DNA from: the human T2T-CHM13v2.0 reference genome, Homo sapiens
Reading direction: 5' to 3' (one strand)
Length of the DNA: 64,000 nt
NCBI RefSeq assembly: GCF_009914755.1
Contig: NC_060927.1
The notes beneath the pieces were generated by a model. That model saw only the letters and a program-made list of their open reading frames with translations. It made no database searches and had not been told where the DNA came from. The position numbers and the translations under genes are program-made. The stretch's first letter is position 1; every line of letters starts with the position of its first letter. Shown here in pieces: positions 29,815 to 45,221 of the stretch.

Positions 29815-30921
29815 CAGGGTGCAGGGCTAAAAGGAGTCAACCTCTAAGGCTCTTTCCAGTTTTATACAGTCCCACTCCAATACCTGAATTCTCCTCTTGC
29901 CTGTCCAGCTGGGTTTTAGAACCATAGATTTCAATCCCTCTTCACACACTAATCTGAACAGTTAACATACACCACCTATTTTCAGTTTTTTCCCCTTACA
30001 CCTAAGACTGATAGTTTCCATGTACAACATATCCTGTAACCATTCCCAGCTTTACAAAGATAAGTCATTGGTTCTACATGTGACTTGAAATAGCAGAGTG
30101 CCCCCTGCTTGTCTCCCCATCTCTTACTGACTCAAAAGTAGTCCTGCTCACCTAAGGAGGCAACTAGGAAATTCAGGCTTACTGCCCCTCACACATCAGC
30201 ATCTGCTAACACAACCAGCTCCTGGTTTCATCCATTGTTGCTAATAATTACTGGTGACTCCCCTTGAGATCCTCACAGCCATGAGGATATGACTAGGACA
30301 GATTCTATCCATCCTTCCTTAAGCCATCCAACTTTGCTAACCCCACCCAGACCAAACCACAGCATCACAACACACATGTAAGTTTCTGTACCAAATGGTC
30401 TGAACAACCTCAGAGTAATAGAAACTCGAGGGAGAAACAAAGGAGGAGCTCCATCTGAAAGGGTTTTTGGCCTTTTCAAGAGGAATGACCACTGTGGATG
30501 AACCTCCCTCCCTTCCTCACTCAGTCTCTTTTTCTAATGGATCCTCACTTTCCATATTCATTCACTTCAGTGTCTTTCAATTTGGTGCACCCAACTGCTA
30601 CCTTATTCAAGTAACCCCACCCTTCCCACAGAAGGCGACAGTTCCTAATCTTTCAAACATCTACTGTGCCTTAAGCAGGTGACCATTGCAACAGTTTGTG
30701 AGCAAGGCTCCGGTTCCACGAGGGAGGGCGAATGTGGGAGCTCCTCACCTGGAAATGCTGTTCTCTTTGCTACCCAGCAAGAACGGCCCCAGCTTCCAAA
30801 AGAGCCTTTTGATTTCATTCTTCCCTGAAAGAGGAGATGGTAGTGTTAGCAGTTCCTGCCCTCACCTGCACAATTCCTCTACTTCCTTATCTTTCCTACT
30901 GATCCTGAAACCCCCATATTT

Positions 30922-31331
30922 TGTGATGGAGACTGTGATGCCCTGCCCAGAAGCCCCTCCAGGGAATAACTTGTTGCCCCAACTGCTGGGGGGGCCTGTC
31001 AGTGGATAGTCCTGAGCCCTCAGCCCCTTCAGATATTGCTTCAGCTTCAGAGTCCCCTCAACCAAGGTCACACTCTTCCCAGGATAGCCAACATTCAATG
31101 ACTAATCAAGATAGGGTATAAAAGGCCTGGACTTCTTGACCCAACTTTGGACAACTTTGAAGCATCGTTCTAGTTAGAGAGCCATGGCTGTCATTGGACC
31201 TTCCTTTGGCTCACTTCTGCTTTCTGCCTCTCCCTTTCATAAGCATTGATCCCCAGGCCTCTACTTAATAAATATCCTGCAAGCTAAACTCTATCTCAGA
31301 GTCAGTTTCTCATGGAACCCAACCTGCAACA
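30922..31331 (+). mobile_element. LTR16A-like ERVL solo LTR retaining TATAAAA (31117-31123) and AATAAA (31267-31272)
   Basis: TG…CA termini; cttgttgccccaactgctggg…caatgact…gggtataaaaggcctgg…ctcagagtcagtttc…gaacccaacctgcaaca. Confidence 0.8.
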
Positions 31332-31429
31332 GAAACTAACTTGGAAAACCAGTGATACATGTATATAATAGAATTAATAGATGATTCCTCTTGATCTTAC
31401 TGCCCCCTGTCACTCAAAACCAAGACTAT

Positions 31430-31638
31430 CAAAAGGTTTTCTCAACCTGAACACTATTGACAATTTGAGCTGGACAATTCTTTGTTGTGGAGGCTGTCCT
31501 GTGCATTGCAGTATGTTTAACAGCATTGCTGGCCTCCACCCACAAGATTCCAGTAACGCCTTCCCAGTTATGACAACCAAAAATGTCTCCAGACATAGTC
31601 CTCCGTGGAGCAAATAAGCCCTCAGTGAAAACTACTGA
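31430..31638 (-). mobile_element. MER20 hAT MITE
   Basis: tttctcaacctgaacactattgaca…aattctttgttgtggaggctgtcctgtgcattg…gacaaccaaaaatgtctccagacat. Confidence 0.85.
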
Positions 31639-32599
31639 TTTATAAGAAGCATCCCAGCAGGCAGATTCAGTAAGTGTGTAAAAGCATTTGGACCCTGAAC
31701 ATAAATATTTTTTACTTAAAATGTAATGCCTCTTCTGAGGCACTTGCCAGAAAACTCTTTCTCCAATTGCCTTCTCAGACTTGCTTGTCAAAAGCACAGT
31801 TGAGACAACAGATGTTTGAGAAAACTGGCCCAAGGAACTTCTTAGCTCTCCATTTCTCTAAATATTTCTCATCTCTTTCTCTGTAATTATTTAGATCCAA
31901 GAAAACAGCATGCTTGGACTACATTCCTTTAATTAAAAATAATAATAGTAATTTTTTTAAAAAACCTCCCTGGAATGAGTTAAATAGTGGTTTTATCACG
32001 GGTAATTATAAAATGGCCCATGAACATGCCTGCATGTTTTATGATTGATGAAGGCATTACATTCAGCATGAACCACAGATTTTTCTAAGCCATATTCTTT
32101 CTTTCCTTCTATATTTTCTTTTGTGGGTCAAAAAGACTTTATTAAATATCCTCATTTCCTTTCACCATAGTGATGGGAGAGTCATACATTATGGCCATTA
32201 AGATAAAAATACTCTTATCAAAGTCATGTAATTGCTCAGGTCCTGGGAAGTGGAGAGAGAGAAGGGAAAAAGTGAATCTTCTTAGAAATCCCATACAGTA
32301 TTGATATATTGTTTTAGTCCACCAACATCACTTCCTCTAGGGACACCCACCTTTCTCCACTGTAGTTGGTTCTTGTGAATTGCCAGTCACAGGACCTTGC
32401 CTTTATGACCATAGAACAGGGAAAATGACTCATGCTTGGACAACCAGATTCTCTCTCCTGGGTATTTGACTCTTAACTGGAAAAGCACAATGCCTGAAGC
32501 TTGTTGAAGCTGAATCATCTGATATTAATACCTCAAATAGTCCATGAATTCTTGCTGCTAAGATCCCTGGTGCTGCACAAGTTTCTGTCTCTCCTTTGA

Positions 32600-33260
32600 A
32601 CTTTTCTGCATATATACCCCTAAAAGAATTTTGAAAAATTATATACATCTTCATACATTTTTAATGTCATCTAAAATTTTTCAACATGAGTCGGTTTTAC
32701 TGTAAGGAATGTCATTTTTAGTGCATTATAGATACTGACTTTTAAAATAAAACTATCACATTGGTCTTTTAAATATCCAAAAGAGTGTAAGTACCAAAGC
32801 AATTTAAGACCCATCATCAACATTTAAAAATATATATATATGAACAAATGTCTTGTTAACAATTGGAAATTATATCATTCCTTTTTCTCCTTGAACTTAT
32901 ACTTCCATCTCATATCCCCAGAGAATTCCATTCTACCTTTATACTAGGAAACCTTTAACTGATCATTCCATCATAGTTTTCTGCAATAAAAATATATAAT
33001 ATGAAATCAGTCTTTTAAATTTAATTATGTTAATGATTCATGTAATATGTAACTAGTGATCTAATATGTAATTTAATGGTTAATATAATATTATTTTGCA
33101 ATTTTATTATATTAGATAGTTACATTATATGGACACAGTTGTTTAAAACTGCATAAATGGTCCTATTAGTTTTGATAAGCAATTATTAAACTAAAAAATA
33201 AAACTTTTATTGAGAATGCATCTCTTAATGAGATTCAAGGGGAAATGGCGAATTAACCTT
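32600..33260. mobile_element. AT-rich hAT-Charlie family fragment (Charlie7-like)
   Basis: cccctaaaagaattttgaaaaattatat…catctaaaatttttca…ttttaaaataaaact resembles the recalled Charlie terminal region. Confidence 0.45.
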
Positions 33261-33281
33261 TTGTTTGATGCCCTAAACATA

Positions 33282-35776
<2,495 letters not shown>

Positions 35777-35879
35777 CTAAATATTTTTACACCTTAGGGC
35801 AATGCAGCAGAACAAGACACAGGATGAGTGAGAGGTAAGCTTTGTTAAAGTGGGAGAAGGACATGTTTTGATTATACCT

Positions 35880-36428
35880 GGGATTTAATTTATAAAAGTG
35901 ACCAAGTGATAACCTGGAGAGGTCAATGTCATTGAAAGAAGTTTTATGGTTCCTACAAGACGAGGTCACACCATGCCATGCAGGGCCATATGGGGAAGCA
36001 CCAGGATCAGTCAGGAGACAGGAGGAGAAAAGGGAAAAATGTGGCCCCAAGGCTTTACTGTTATGCCTGTGTGAAGGAATGGGAGCAGCTAGGGCAGGCA
36101 AGCTCGAACAAGTTTAGGATTAGATAGTATGAGTATTTCCAGGGTTCTGGGCTGTAGGGGCAGTCTCTAGTTGTATGGTACCTGGCCCAGAGGTGATTTA
36201 AGACGGGAGAAATATTGGCTTGGTGTATGAGAGTTAGATAAATGAGGTGCTGAGGATGTGGGCCTTGGACTGGTTGGTTTGCATATGAAAGGTGTGCTCA
36301 CAGACAAGTTTTTTGCCATCTCTAGGAATTAGCAAGTCTTGGGAGGGGCAGTCTCTCTCCATTTAGCAAGGCCCTCAAGATGTCAAAGCACCATAAAATA
36401 TAGGAAAAAAATTTAAATATGATTAACA
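35880..36428 (-). mobile_element. MER74-like ERVL LTR
   Basis: ggttggtttgcatatgaaagg…tctctaggaattagc…gggaggggcagtc…agcaaggccctcaagatgtcaaagca…atgattaaca. Confidence 0.75.
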
Positions 36429-36919
36429 AGGGCAATTATGAAAGAGACAGTGCCAGAGCAGTATTTTGAATTTTTATCATGTGCATATATTACTTTTTCA
36501 AAAATTAAAAATTGCTTTAAAGTCAAATGAGGGTTTCCTTTTCCACTTTTATTTCTCTTCCCATCACTTATCTTCCCTCTCTGAATAATTAAATACAAAA
36601 ACCATTAGATGGAGCCAAGCAAGATGGGAGTTTGCATGTGTGTGTCAGGGTTGGGGGTAAGGCATGTTGACCCAGAAAGAAACCATGGAGGAAGCTGGGG
36701 CTGGGGGATCTGTCATGGAGCTCAAGCAGAGTGAAGAAAGTTGTCTGTGTAAGGGAGTAGGGAGCAGGTGCAGGAAGGGGTAACTCGGTGCCAGGGGTCA
36801 GCTGGGAGTAGGGTCTATCCACATTGGGAATAGTTCATTACAGGATTTCAGAGCTCAAACTGGCCAAGGAGAGTATCTGAATGGGTTGGTGGCAGCAGCA
36901 TTTGGTGATTTGAATGAGA

Positions 36920-37150
36920 TGAGAGGATTAGATGGTAGTAATGTATCAATTTAATTTTCTGATTTTGATGGCTATATTGAGGTCATGTAGGAAAATGTCC
37001 TCTTTGTGGTAGATACACGCTAAAGTTTTTGGAAAATGATGGGCAGTAGTCAGCAACTTATTCTCAAATGGTTCAGGAAAAGAAGTTCTTTACACAGTTG
37101 TTACAACTCTTCAGTGAATTTGAGGTTGTTCAAAATAAAAGTGTTAAAAA
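36920..37150 (+). mobile_element. L1MC/ME 3' terminus
   Basis: ttagatggtagtaatgtatcaat…tttctgattttgatg…gcaacttattctcaaatggttcaggaaa…aaaataaaa. Confidence 0.75.
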
Positions 37151-37294
37151 TAAAACCAGAGTGAGGGAAGCTGGGAAAAAAATCTCAGCATGCTGATTTA
37201 CAAAGGGGGTAAAAGAGGAACAAGATCTGCTTTTAGAGGTCATCTCTGTGTTCAATGGTTTGGCTAAAATAGATGTCTAAATGGATGACATTAA

Positions 37295-37550
37295 TTCTTT
37301 CCTACAACAAATATTCACCATGTCCAAATATATGCCTGTAAAGGCTGTGCCCTGAGGATATAAGAGTGAGCAAAGTAGGCATGATCCCCAATCCACAGAA
37401 ATCAATGGATGAGCTAAGGCTATAGACAAGTAAGAGGCAGTGACAGCATGTCTTATGGGCACAGACAAGTGCTCCAACCCAGACTTGAGTATGGAGTAGT
37501 CTTCCCAGAGGATGTAATATCCAGAGACTGAGCAAAATGTCAGAAAGGAG
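37295..37550 (-). mobile_element. LINE-2 3' fragment
   Basis: caacaaatattcacc…aggctgtgccctgaggata…cttcccagaggatgtaatat. Confidence 0.55.
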
Positions 37551-37703
37551 GGTGATTTAAAGTGTTCATAACTATGTATTTTATGTGTTGTCTGACTCAG
37601 GGATAGTTAATATTAAAATCTAAGCACCTTCTGGAGTCATCAATCTGATGTGGCAAGTATCTGACCAGAGCAACAATGTTTACTTTACAGATGTCCCTCC
37701 AGG

Positions 37704-38055
37704 TGCTGTAGATCAAATGTGCCCTCCACAAATGCATATGTTAAAATCCAATTCCCCATGTAATAGCATTTGGAATTGAGGCCTTTGGGAGATGACTAGG
37801 TGGTATATGGAGGTGGAGACTTTGGGATTACTGCCTTTATGAAAGAGGCCCCAGAGAGCTCCCTTGCCCTTTCTACCATATTAGAACACCATGAAATGAC
37901 AGCAGTCTATGAACCAGGATGCAAACCCTCACCAGACAACAAATCTGCTAGCACCTTGATCTTGGACTTCCCAGCCTCCAGGACTGTAAGAAATACATTC
38001 CTGTTGTTTATAAGCCACCCAGTCTACAGTATTCTTGTCATAGCAGCCCAGGACA
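37704..38055 (+). mobile_element. MLT1A-type MaLR solo LTR with perfect 5-bp TSD CCAGG
   Basis: TG…CA; gaggcctttgggag…gcaccttgatcttggacttcccagcctccag…tttataagccacccagtcta; CCAGG at 37699-37703 and 38056-38060. Confidence 0.9.
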
Positions 38056-38067
38056 CCAGGTATTGTT

Positions 38068-38127
38068 GGGTTTGGGGGAGGTTTTGTTGTTGTTGTTGTT
38101 GTTGTTGTTTGTTGTTGCTGCTGCTGC

Positions 38128-38162
<35 letters not shown>

Positions 38163-38442
38163 TTGAGACACAGTCTCCATCTGTCGCCCAGGAGTGCAGT
38201 GGCGCTCTCTCTGCTCACTGCAACCTCTGCCTCCCAGGTTCAAGCGATTCTCCTGCCTCAGCCTCCTAAGTAGCTGGGACTATAGGCGCCCGCCACCACG
38301 CCCGGCTAATTTTTGTATTTTTAGTAGAGACGGGGTTTCACCATATTGGCCAGGCTGGTCTCAAACTCCTAACCTCAGGTGATCCGCCCACCTTGGCCTC
38401 CCAAAGTGCTGGGATTACAGGCAGGAGCCACCACACCCAGTT
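38068..38442 (-). mobile_element. AluS with 16-bp TSD GACACCAGGTATTGTT and a trinucleotide-repeat tail
   Basis: TSD at 38052-38067 and 38443-38458; full dimer. Confidence 0.95.
38084..38159 (+). repeat. (TTG)8 T (TTG)3 (CTG)4 (TTG)10 compound trinucleotide repeat (CAA/CAG on -)
   Basis: Counted directly; derived from the Alu A-tail. Confidence 0.95.
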
Positions 38443-40599
38443 GACACCAGGTATTGTTTAATTATCAGTAAAGCAGACTCATTCTTCTTTCCCCATCCTA
38501 TGGAGTGGGCACAGTTGTTAGGCTAAAAGCCATCTTCTAAAAGTAACAAAGTAATGCTCTGGGGATCTATCTGCGCTGTCTTACAAACAGTTGCTAAGAC
38601 AACACTACAGGCATTTGCCAACCGCGTGCATCTCGGCAGGCTTTTCCAAAGCCGCTTGCTATGCACCCATGCTGTCCAGAATGTTGCCCCCATGGGGGCT
38701 GTGCTGGGACCAGACAACTGCAGAGGTCTGTGCTGAGGTGGTAGTTATGGAGACTTGATATGTCATGTGTGAGACAAGAAAAAGAGGAAGAGCCAGAGAA
38801 TTTGGGAAAGAAACTTATAATATACAGGGATAAGCTTTTGTCTTAAATTAACAAGTTAAAGCTTAATGAGTCTAAGGAGTAATTGTGCATGAATCAGCAT
38901 GAACTCAAGACTTTGAGGCTTCCTACATGTGAAATTGCTGCACAGCTTGTGCTTGGAGCCTACCCAGTGCAGTCTTGCAACCCAGGTTACATGGTTTCAT
39001 TTAGCAAGAGGAGCAGAGTCAGCAGTTCTAACTCTTGGTCCATATAAGAAAAAGACAGAAACATTCTTTCCACAGCAACAATGTCTTCCCAGTTTTCTTG
39101 TTAGGAACAGCATGCCAGTCATGGGGCACTAAATTCTCTATGGGACCTTGTTCAGAAAAAAATGTAGACATGTGTCTATGATCATGGGGGCTATACCCAA
39201 TCTATTCCAGTGGAAGGTAATTAGGAAGGGCATGAGGAGACCAAATAGAACTGGGAATGTTAGAAAAGTAAGCTGTGTGAGCAGCCAACACCGAGCTATT
39301 TGCTGGGACTGTCAACTGCCATCATTCTGACCCTTGTGCCTACTGGTCATCACATCCTGGCCAATCCAGACCCCTCTACCTGACCTGGCATCCTCTCCCC
39401 AGCTTCTGCCTCCTCCTCTTCTTTGATATGGCCTCTCATTCTTAAGCCTTGACAACCCAGCCTCTCTGCACACTTGGAAAAGGAGGAAGGGTCATCTAGA
39501 CAGGCTCCAGGTGCTGAGGATGTGGAGGTAAATAAAATAGACAAAAGTCTAATGCCCACGGAATTTGCATTCCAGTGGAAGAATACAGACAATAAAGAAT
39601 AAAACAAATAAATAATTTCTGATTGTAGTAAACGGTATAAGATTTGATAAAGCAGATTCTGTGACAGAGTGACTGAGGGACTAGGAAGCGGGAGCCCTTC
39701 AATTGCCCCTGGCCCAGCATGGTCTCAGCAGCTGAGGATGGTAATCCTCATCCTCCAAGGGAAGAAGAGAAATACCCTGGGGAAGTGGGGGTGGAGTGGG
39801 GGTGGATCCCTCTGTCATTTCAGCAGATTGTTGTCATCTGAGCCCTGTTGCCAGGCAACCCAGCCATGCCACAGGAAAAGCTGGTGGAGAGCTTAGAGCC
39901 CAGGTGAACAAAGCCAATTTCTGCTGAGCAGGAAAGTGCTCACCCAGAGGATCTTGGTGCCTAGGTGGTCTTGGCCAGTAGGTCCTTGAAGGAGAGAGAG
40001 GAGGAAAAGCACTTGTGAGTGGGCAGAGTCAGCTGTTCTAACTCTTGGTACCTGGAAGAAGACAAGACTAAAAGAAACAACGCCAACAGCAACTATGCTT
40101 AACACTAGACTAAGCAAATCTTAACCAGAAAAATAACTGGATGTCTCTTATTCATAGCCTGTCTTTCAGCTGATCAGCCCTTGTGTCTTCACTGAGCTCC
40201 CCAGCCCCACACCCTGCCTGACAAACTGACACACAGTCACAGAAGCACCTAGCAGCAGGGGCTCTCACTAGCTGTCTCTGTTTATTGGCCTGAGACATGG
40301 AGACCTGTTTTGAGTAAAGGGGATGCCTCTCCTGCCCCTTTTTAATTCTGACACACCCTCAACCACAAGCCTCTCAGGTAGCTTCTTCAGCTTCAGTAAA
40401 GGAACACATGAGAGGTGCTACTCAGAGAATCTCTTGCTACTGATGATAAATCAACATCCTAGACGCTGCCACCCTGGCCAGCCTAAGGGTGCGTTTGCCG
40501 ACTGCCTGGGCCTTCTCAGAGATCAAGGGGCAACATTTCTTTATTTTCTTATTCAAGAGTTATAGTTCTGATGTCATGTGGCCATCAGCCTTAGATCTT

Positions 40600-41510
40600 T
40601 ATGTAGAAAAAAATCTCTATCTATCCCTCCTGGTTGTCCAGAGCTGTTAAAGTATGAAAGCAGAAGGGAGCTAAGGAGTTAGTGGAGAATACTTGGCAAG
40701 AGACTAGAGAAAACAGAGGGGAACCCAGAATTTGGGACCGCTCTTCTTCTGGTAGCACATGCCAGTTCCAAAAGAGCCTATCAATAGGGTAAGCTGCACT
40801 TTGGCACCTTCATGGATGTAGGGGCACAAAATAGAGTCTAGAGCCCACCAAGGGTGAGGTCCCTGGTAAACTCCCACACTTTAAGTTGGGGCTCCAAAAG
40901 GTTAGATCCCAGGATTAAGAGTGAATCAGAAGTAAAACATTCATTGTGCAGAAGTCATCTGAGTGATCCAGAAAAATTCAATCCCTTATGGCAGATTAAG
41001 GTGATCTTGGATTTTTAGTGCCCCAGGCCAAAACAAATTAAAATCCACACTGGAGGAAACTTTCATTATTCTAGGCTTCACCTATTTCTACAAACAATTT
41101 TTCAAATGTTTTTTCTTGTATACAATCAAAGATAATCAGTCAGATGAGAAGATAAGAAAGCAAGGATGAGAACTAGCAGAAAGAACAAATAATAGAAATA
41201 GACCCACAGGAGTTCCAGATTCTGGAATATCAAACACAGACTTTAGAATGACTTTGCTTACTATGTTTACATTAAAAACAAGATGAAAATTCTGGGTGCT
41301 ATAAAAAGCACCTGAGAACTTTTTCCAGGCAGGGAGCTGGGGCAATCATAGGGCTCACCTCATTTGTTTTTCATCTCTCAAGGATCACTCTCTTGATTTT
41401 TAGTATGGTATACCATTGTGTCTTTTACTTTGTTCATGTTTTTTGGTTAAAGTAGGAAAGTAAATTCAGTTCCTCTTACTCCATCCTGATCAGAAGCAGA
41501 AATCGTACCC
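40600..41510. mobile_element. Old L1M 5'/ORF1 fragments in both orientations
   Basis: aaatagacccacaggagttccagattctggaatatcaaacacagacttt (+); ccaggcagggagctggggcaatcatagggctcacctcatttg (-). Confidence 0.6.
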
Positions 41511-41924
41511 TAAATACTCTTCATTATACCACCTTGTTTGTTTCTTCACAAACCACACCACACTCAAACCATTTTGCTCATTGTCTCTCTGCTTAGCTAT
41601 TACTTATCTTATTCATCAGAATACAAACTACATGGAGCAGGAAACTTTTTCTCCTATATCTACTGGATGCACATATATTATCTGGCATATGTCTGGCACA
41701 TAGTGAATTATCAATAAATATGTGTTGACTAAATAAATAAATGAGCTCATAGCACCCAATGTGTACCTTCCAACTAAGCCAACAGAAGTCCAGACACCTT
41801 CTATATATGGCTCTTTGGGAATGGAATACATCCCCTCACTAAAAGAGCCCCTCATCATCCCTCCCAACTTGAGCCAGCAAGCTTCCCTCTCTGTCTTCTT
41901 GCTGTCCTTCTCTTTCTCCCATAG

Positions 41925-42222
41925 GACAAAAGGCCAGATTCATCCCTCTGACATCTTTTGTCTGGAATGTACAATGAATTTTTTTCAATTAGTGCCAAGA
42001 TTTTATAATTAAGAGATTTCACTGACAAATATGAATTTCTGGCTTCTTTCGATCAACCAGAGCTGGCAACACTGGTTACTACTTGGAAACAGATTGCCAG
42101 AACACAGCCATGGTTACTCTTCTTAGGAGGGTCACATGCGGTCCTGTTCACCACAATCCCCACTCAACCAGCCTCACTGACTCTACCTATACAGCTGGAA
42201 TAGGCATTGAAACCTAGGACCT
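41925..42222. mobile_element. MER102-like hAT MITE
   Basis: aatttctggcttctttcga…ctggcaacactgg…ttcaccacaatccccact…taggcattgaaacctaggacc. Confidence 0.55.
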
Positions 42223-42425
42223 GTTTTGGCTTTTGAAAACACAACCTTTTCCAATCCAAAGGAGACCCTCAATTTCCAAGACAAAAGATCTACTTGCCTT
42301 CGTGGTAAGCCTGGAAGAAATAAAGATATTTAATTTTCCCATTAGATTCCCTGGTACATAATAATTGTGCCCTTCACAGAAGGACCTAGGAAGGAGACTG
42401 ATAAAGGCTAAAAGTTTGATTCCAA

Positions 42426-43335
42426 TATAATAATTAAGAGTAAGTTCAGCTGCAAATAACACATCACTCAAAAGCATATTTAAATTAACTAGACAGAAGT
42501 TTATTTCTCTCTTTCCTGGAAGTTCAGAAGCAGACAATCCAGAGCTGGTATGACACTCCTCATGGTGAGTCTCCAGTTTCCTTCTATCTAGAACTCTGCC
42601 ATGCCACTTTATGATCCAAGATGTCCCCCTGTCTCTAGCAATCTTGTCCATATCCCAGACAGTAAGAAGGAGGAAAAGAAGAACATTAGGTTTTTATTTT
42701 CTTAAACGACTTCTAGAAGTTAAACAAACACACTAATCCTGTTTCCATCCAGTTCTGATCAGAACGTAACCACTTGGCTACCCTTAGATAAAAGGAAGGC
42801 ATAAATATACTCTTTATTAGCAATGTTGACCAGGTTACTACTACTTGGAAATGGGCTGCCAGAACGTGGCCATAACTATCCTTCTTAGAAGGGTCACATG
42901 CTGTCCTGTTTATCACACTCCCCACCCAACCAGCTTCACTGACCTTACCTATGCAGCTGGAATAGGCATTTGAACTTAGGACACCAGAATGTTAAACACC
43001 AGGGATTCTTTTTTTTATTATTATTATTATACTTTAAGTTTTAGGGTACATGTTCACAACGTGCAGGTTAGTTACATATGTATACATGTGCCATGTTGGT
43101 GTGCTGCACCCATTAACTCGTCATTTAACATTAGGTATATCTCCTAATGCTATCCCTCCCCACTCCCCGCACTCCACGACAGGCCCCGGTGTGTGATGTT
43201 CCCCTTCCTGTGTCCATGTGTTCTCATTGTTCAGTTCCCATCTATAGTGAGAACATGCGTAAACACCAGGGATTCTATTGCTGTAACAGAAGGGGAAAAT
43301 GAATACTGAGGAATCACTTGTACTCTCTAATGCTC
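42426..43335 (-). mobile_element. MLT1J/K-class MaLR LTR containing a MER102-derived copy and an L1PA 3' fragment
   Basis: gaagtttatttctctc…ggaagttcagaagcagacaatccagagctggtatg…gattctattgctgtaacagaaggggaaaatgaatactg. Confidence 0.7.
43010..43259 (-). mobile_element. Severely 5'-truncated young L1PA (~250 bp) with perfect 17-bp TSD TAAACACCAGGGATTCT
   Basis: ttattatactttaagttttagggtacatg…gtgagaacatgcg; TSD at 42993-43009 and 43260-43276. Confidence 0.95.
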
Positions 43336-43963
43336 CGGTATATAAAAATACAGAAGAAGAAGAAGACCTCAGAAGAATACAGCTTGCTTCATGGATGATT
43401 TTCACTTGCTCTAAAGTTTCTTCTCGCCACTCCACTCCTAGGACTCTTTCTAATAAGGATTGAGACTCAGTAAGTGTTGCTGGAGCATCTAACATCTGCA
43501 TAACTCCAAACATTGACATAATCTCAGGAAAATGTGGAGAAACATGCAAAAAGAACTGAAGTTGAATTTTCCTACTAACTGGTTGGATAGGGGATTGTGC
43601 TGGCCATTAAATTACAATACAGAAAGTAAATGAAGTTCTATTTTTCTTACACCAGGAAGACACTGAGCAAAAACACCTGCTATTGCTTTCCCAGACAAAT
43701 CCTGCAAAACAGAGATCTAATGCTGGTGGCATATCTCTGAAAGCAGAATCAACACTCTGTCCCTGGAACAGTGGGATCAGCTTATAGGCTGGCTATAGGA
43801 GATTCCCTGGGTTCTGTTTGGCATGGGAAATAGGCTGAAGACAAAGACAGGAATAAAGAGACACATTATCTTGCAGGAAGAGTTCTGTGGTTGAAGGTGG
43901 ATACAGGAAAGACTGAATTATGAGCATCTCTGCAGCTGCCAGTCTCTATTAGCTTAACAAATT

Positions 43964-44051
43964 ACACACACGCACACACACGCACATGCACTCATGCACA
44001 CACACACACACACATGCACTCATGCACACACACACACACACACACACACAC
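43964..44051 (+). repeat. Compound (CA)n repeat with duplicated catgcactcatg interruptions
   Basis: Directly visible. Confidence 0.95.
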
Positions 44052-44559
44052 TGCTGTATAAGCAAGTTCACTATGAACCCATCAGCTGGGACCCACCATT
44101 TGATTCTCCTGACAACAGCTGCAAAGAAGAGCAAGAAATATGAGGAACAGGACAGGGCAAAAAACAACATACATCAGAAACATACTGCCATGGAGCAAAT
44201 GAAAATTGTGACCAAATATTTGACCACAACCTAAGAAATTAATGAAATAATCACCTCTTTAAAACAAGAGCACTAAGCCAAATAAAATATTCAAGGAAGA
44301 AACAACACTAGAAGATGTTTCAACATAATATGAAAAAACATCAAAACTTAGGAAAGAGGAAATAAAGCAATTGCAGAAATATAAACCAATTTGGAAGGAG
44401 CAAAAAAGACAGAGAAGACTGAACAAAGAAGGGAGAAAAAAATAAAGAAAATTCTGCAAGGCAAATTAAAAACTAAACAGAGTCAAACTACAAACTATGA
44501 AGAAATATTTGCAAGACATGATGAGTAAGAAGCTAATTTTCCTTCATATAAAGAATGCT

Positions 44560-45221
<662 letters not shown>

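Noticed and set aside
37800-38382. PolyQ/polyL/polyC/polyV ORFs suggesting a repeat-expansion gene
   Set aside because: All are frames of an Alu-tail trinucleotide repeat next to an MLT1A LTR.
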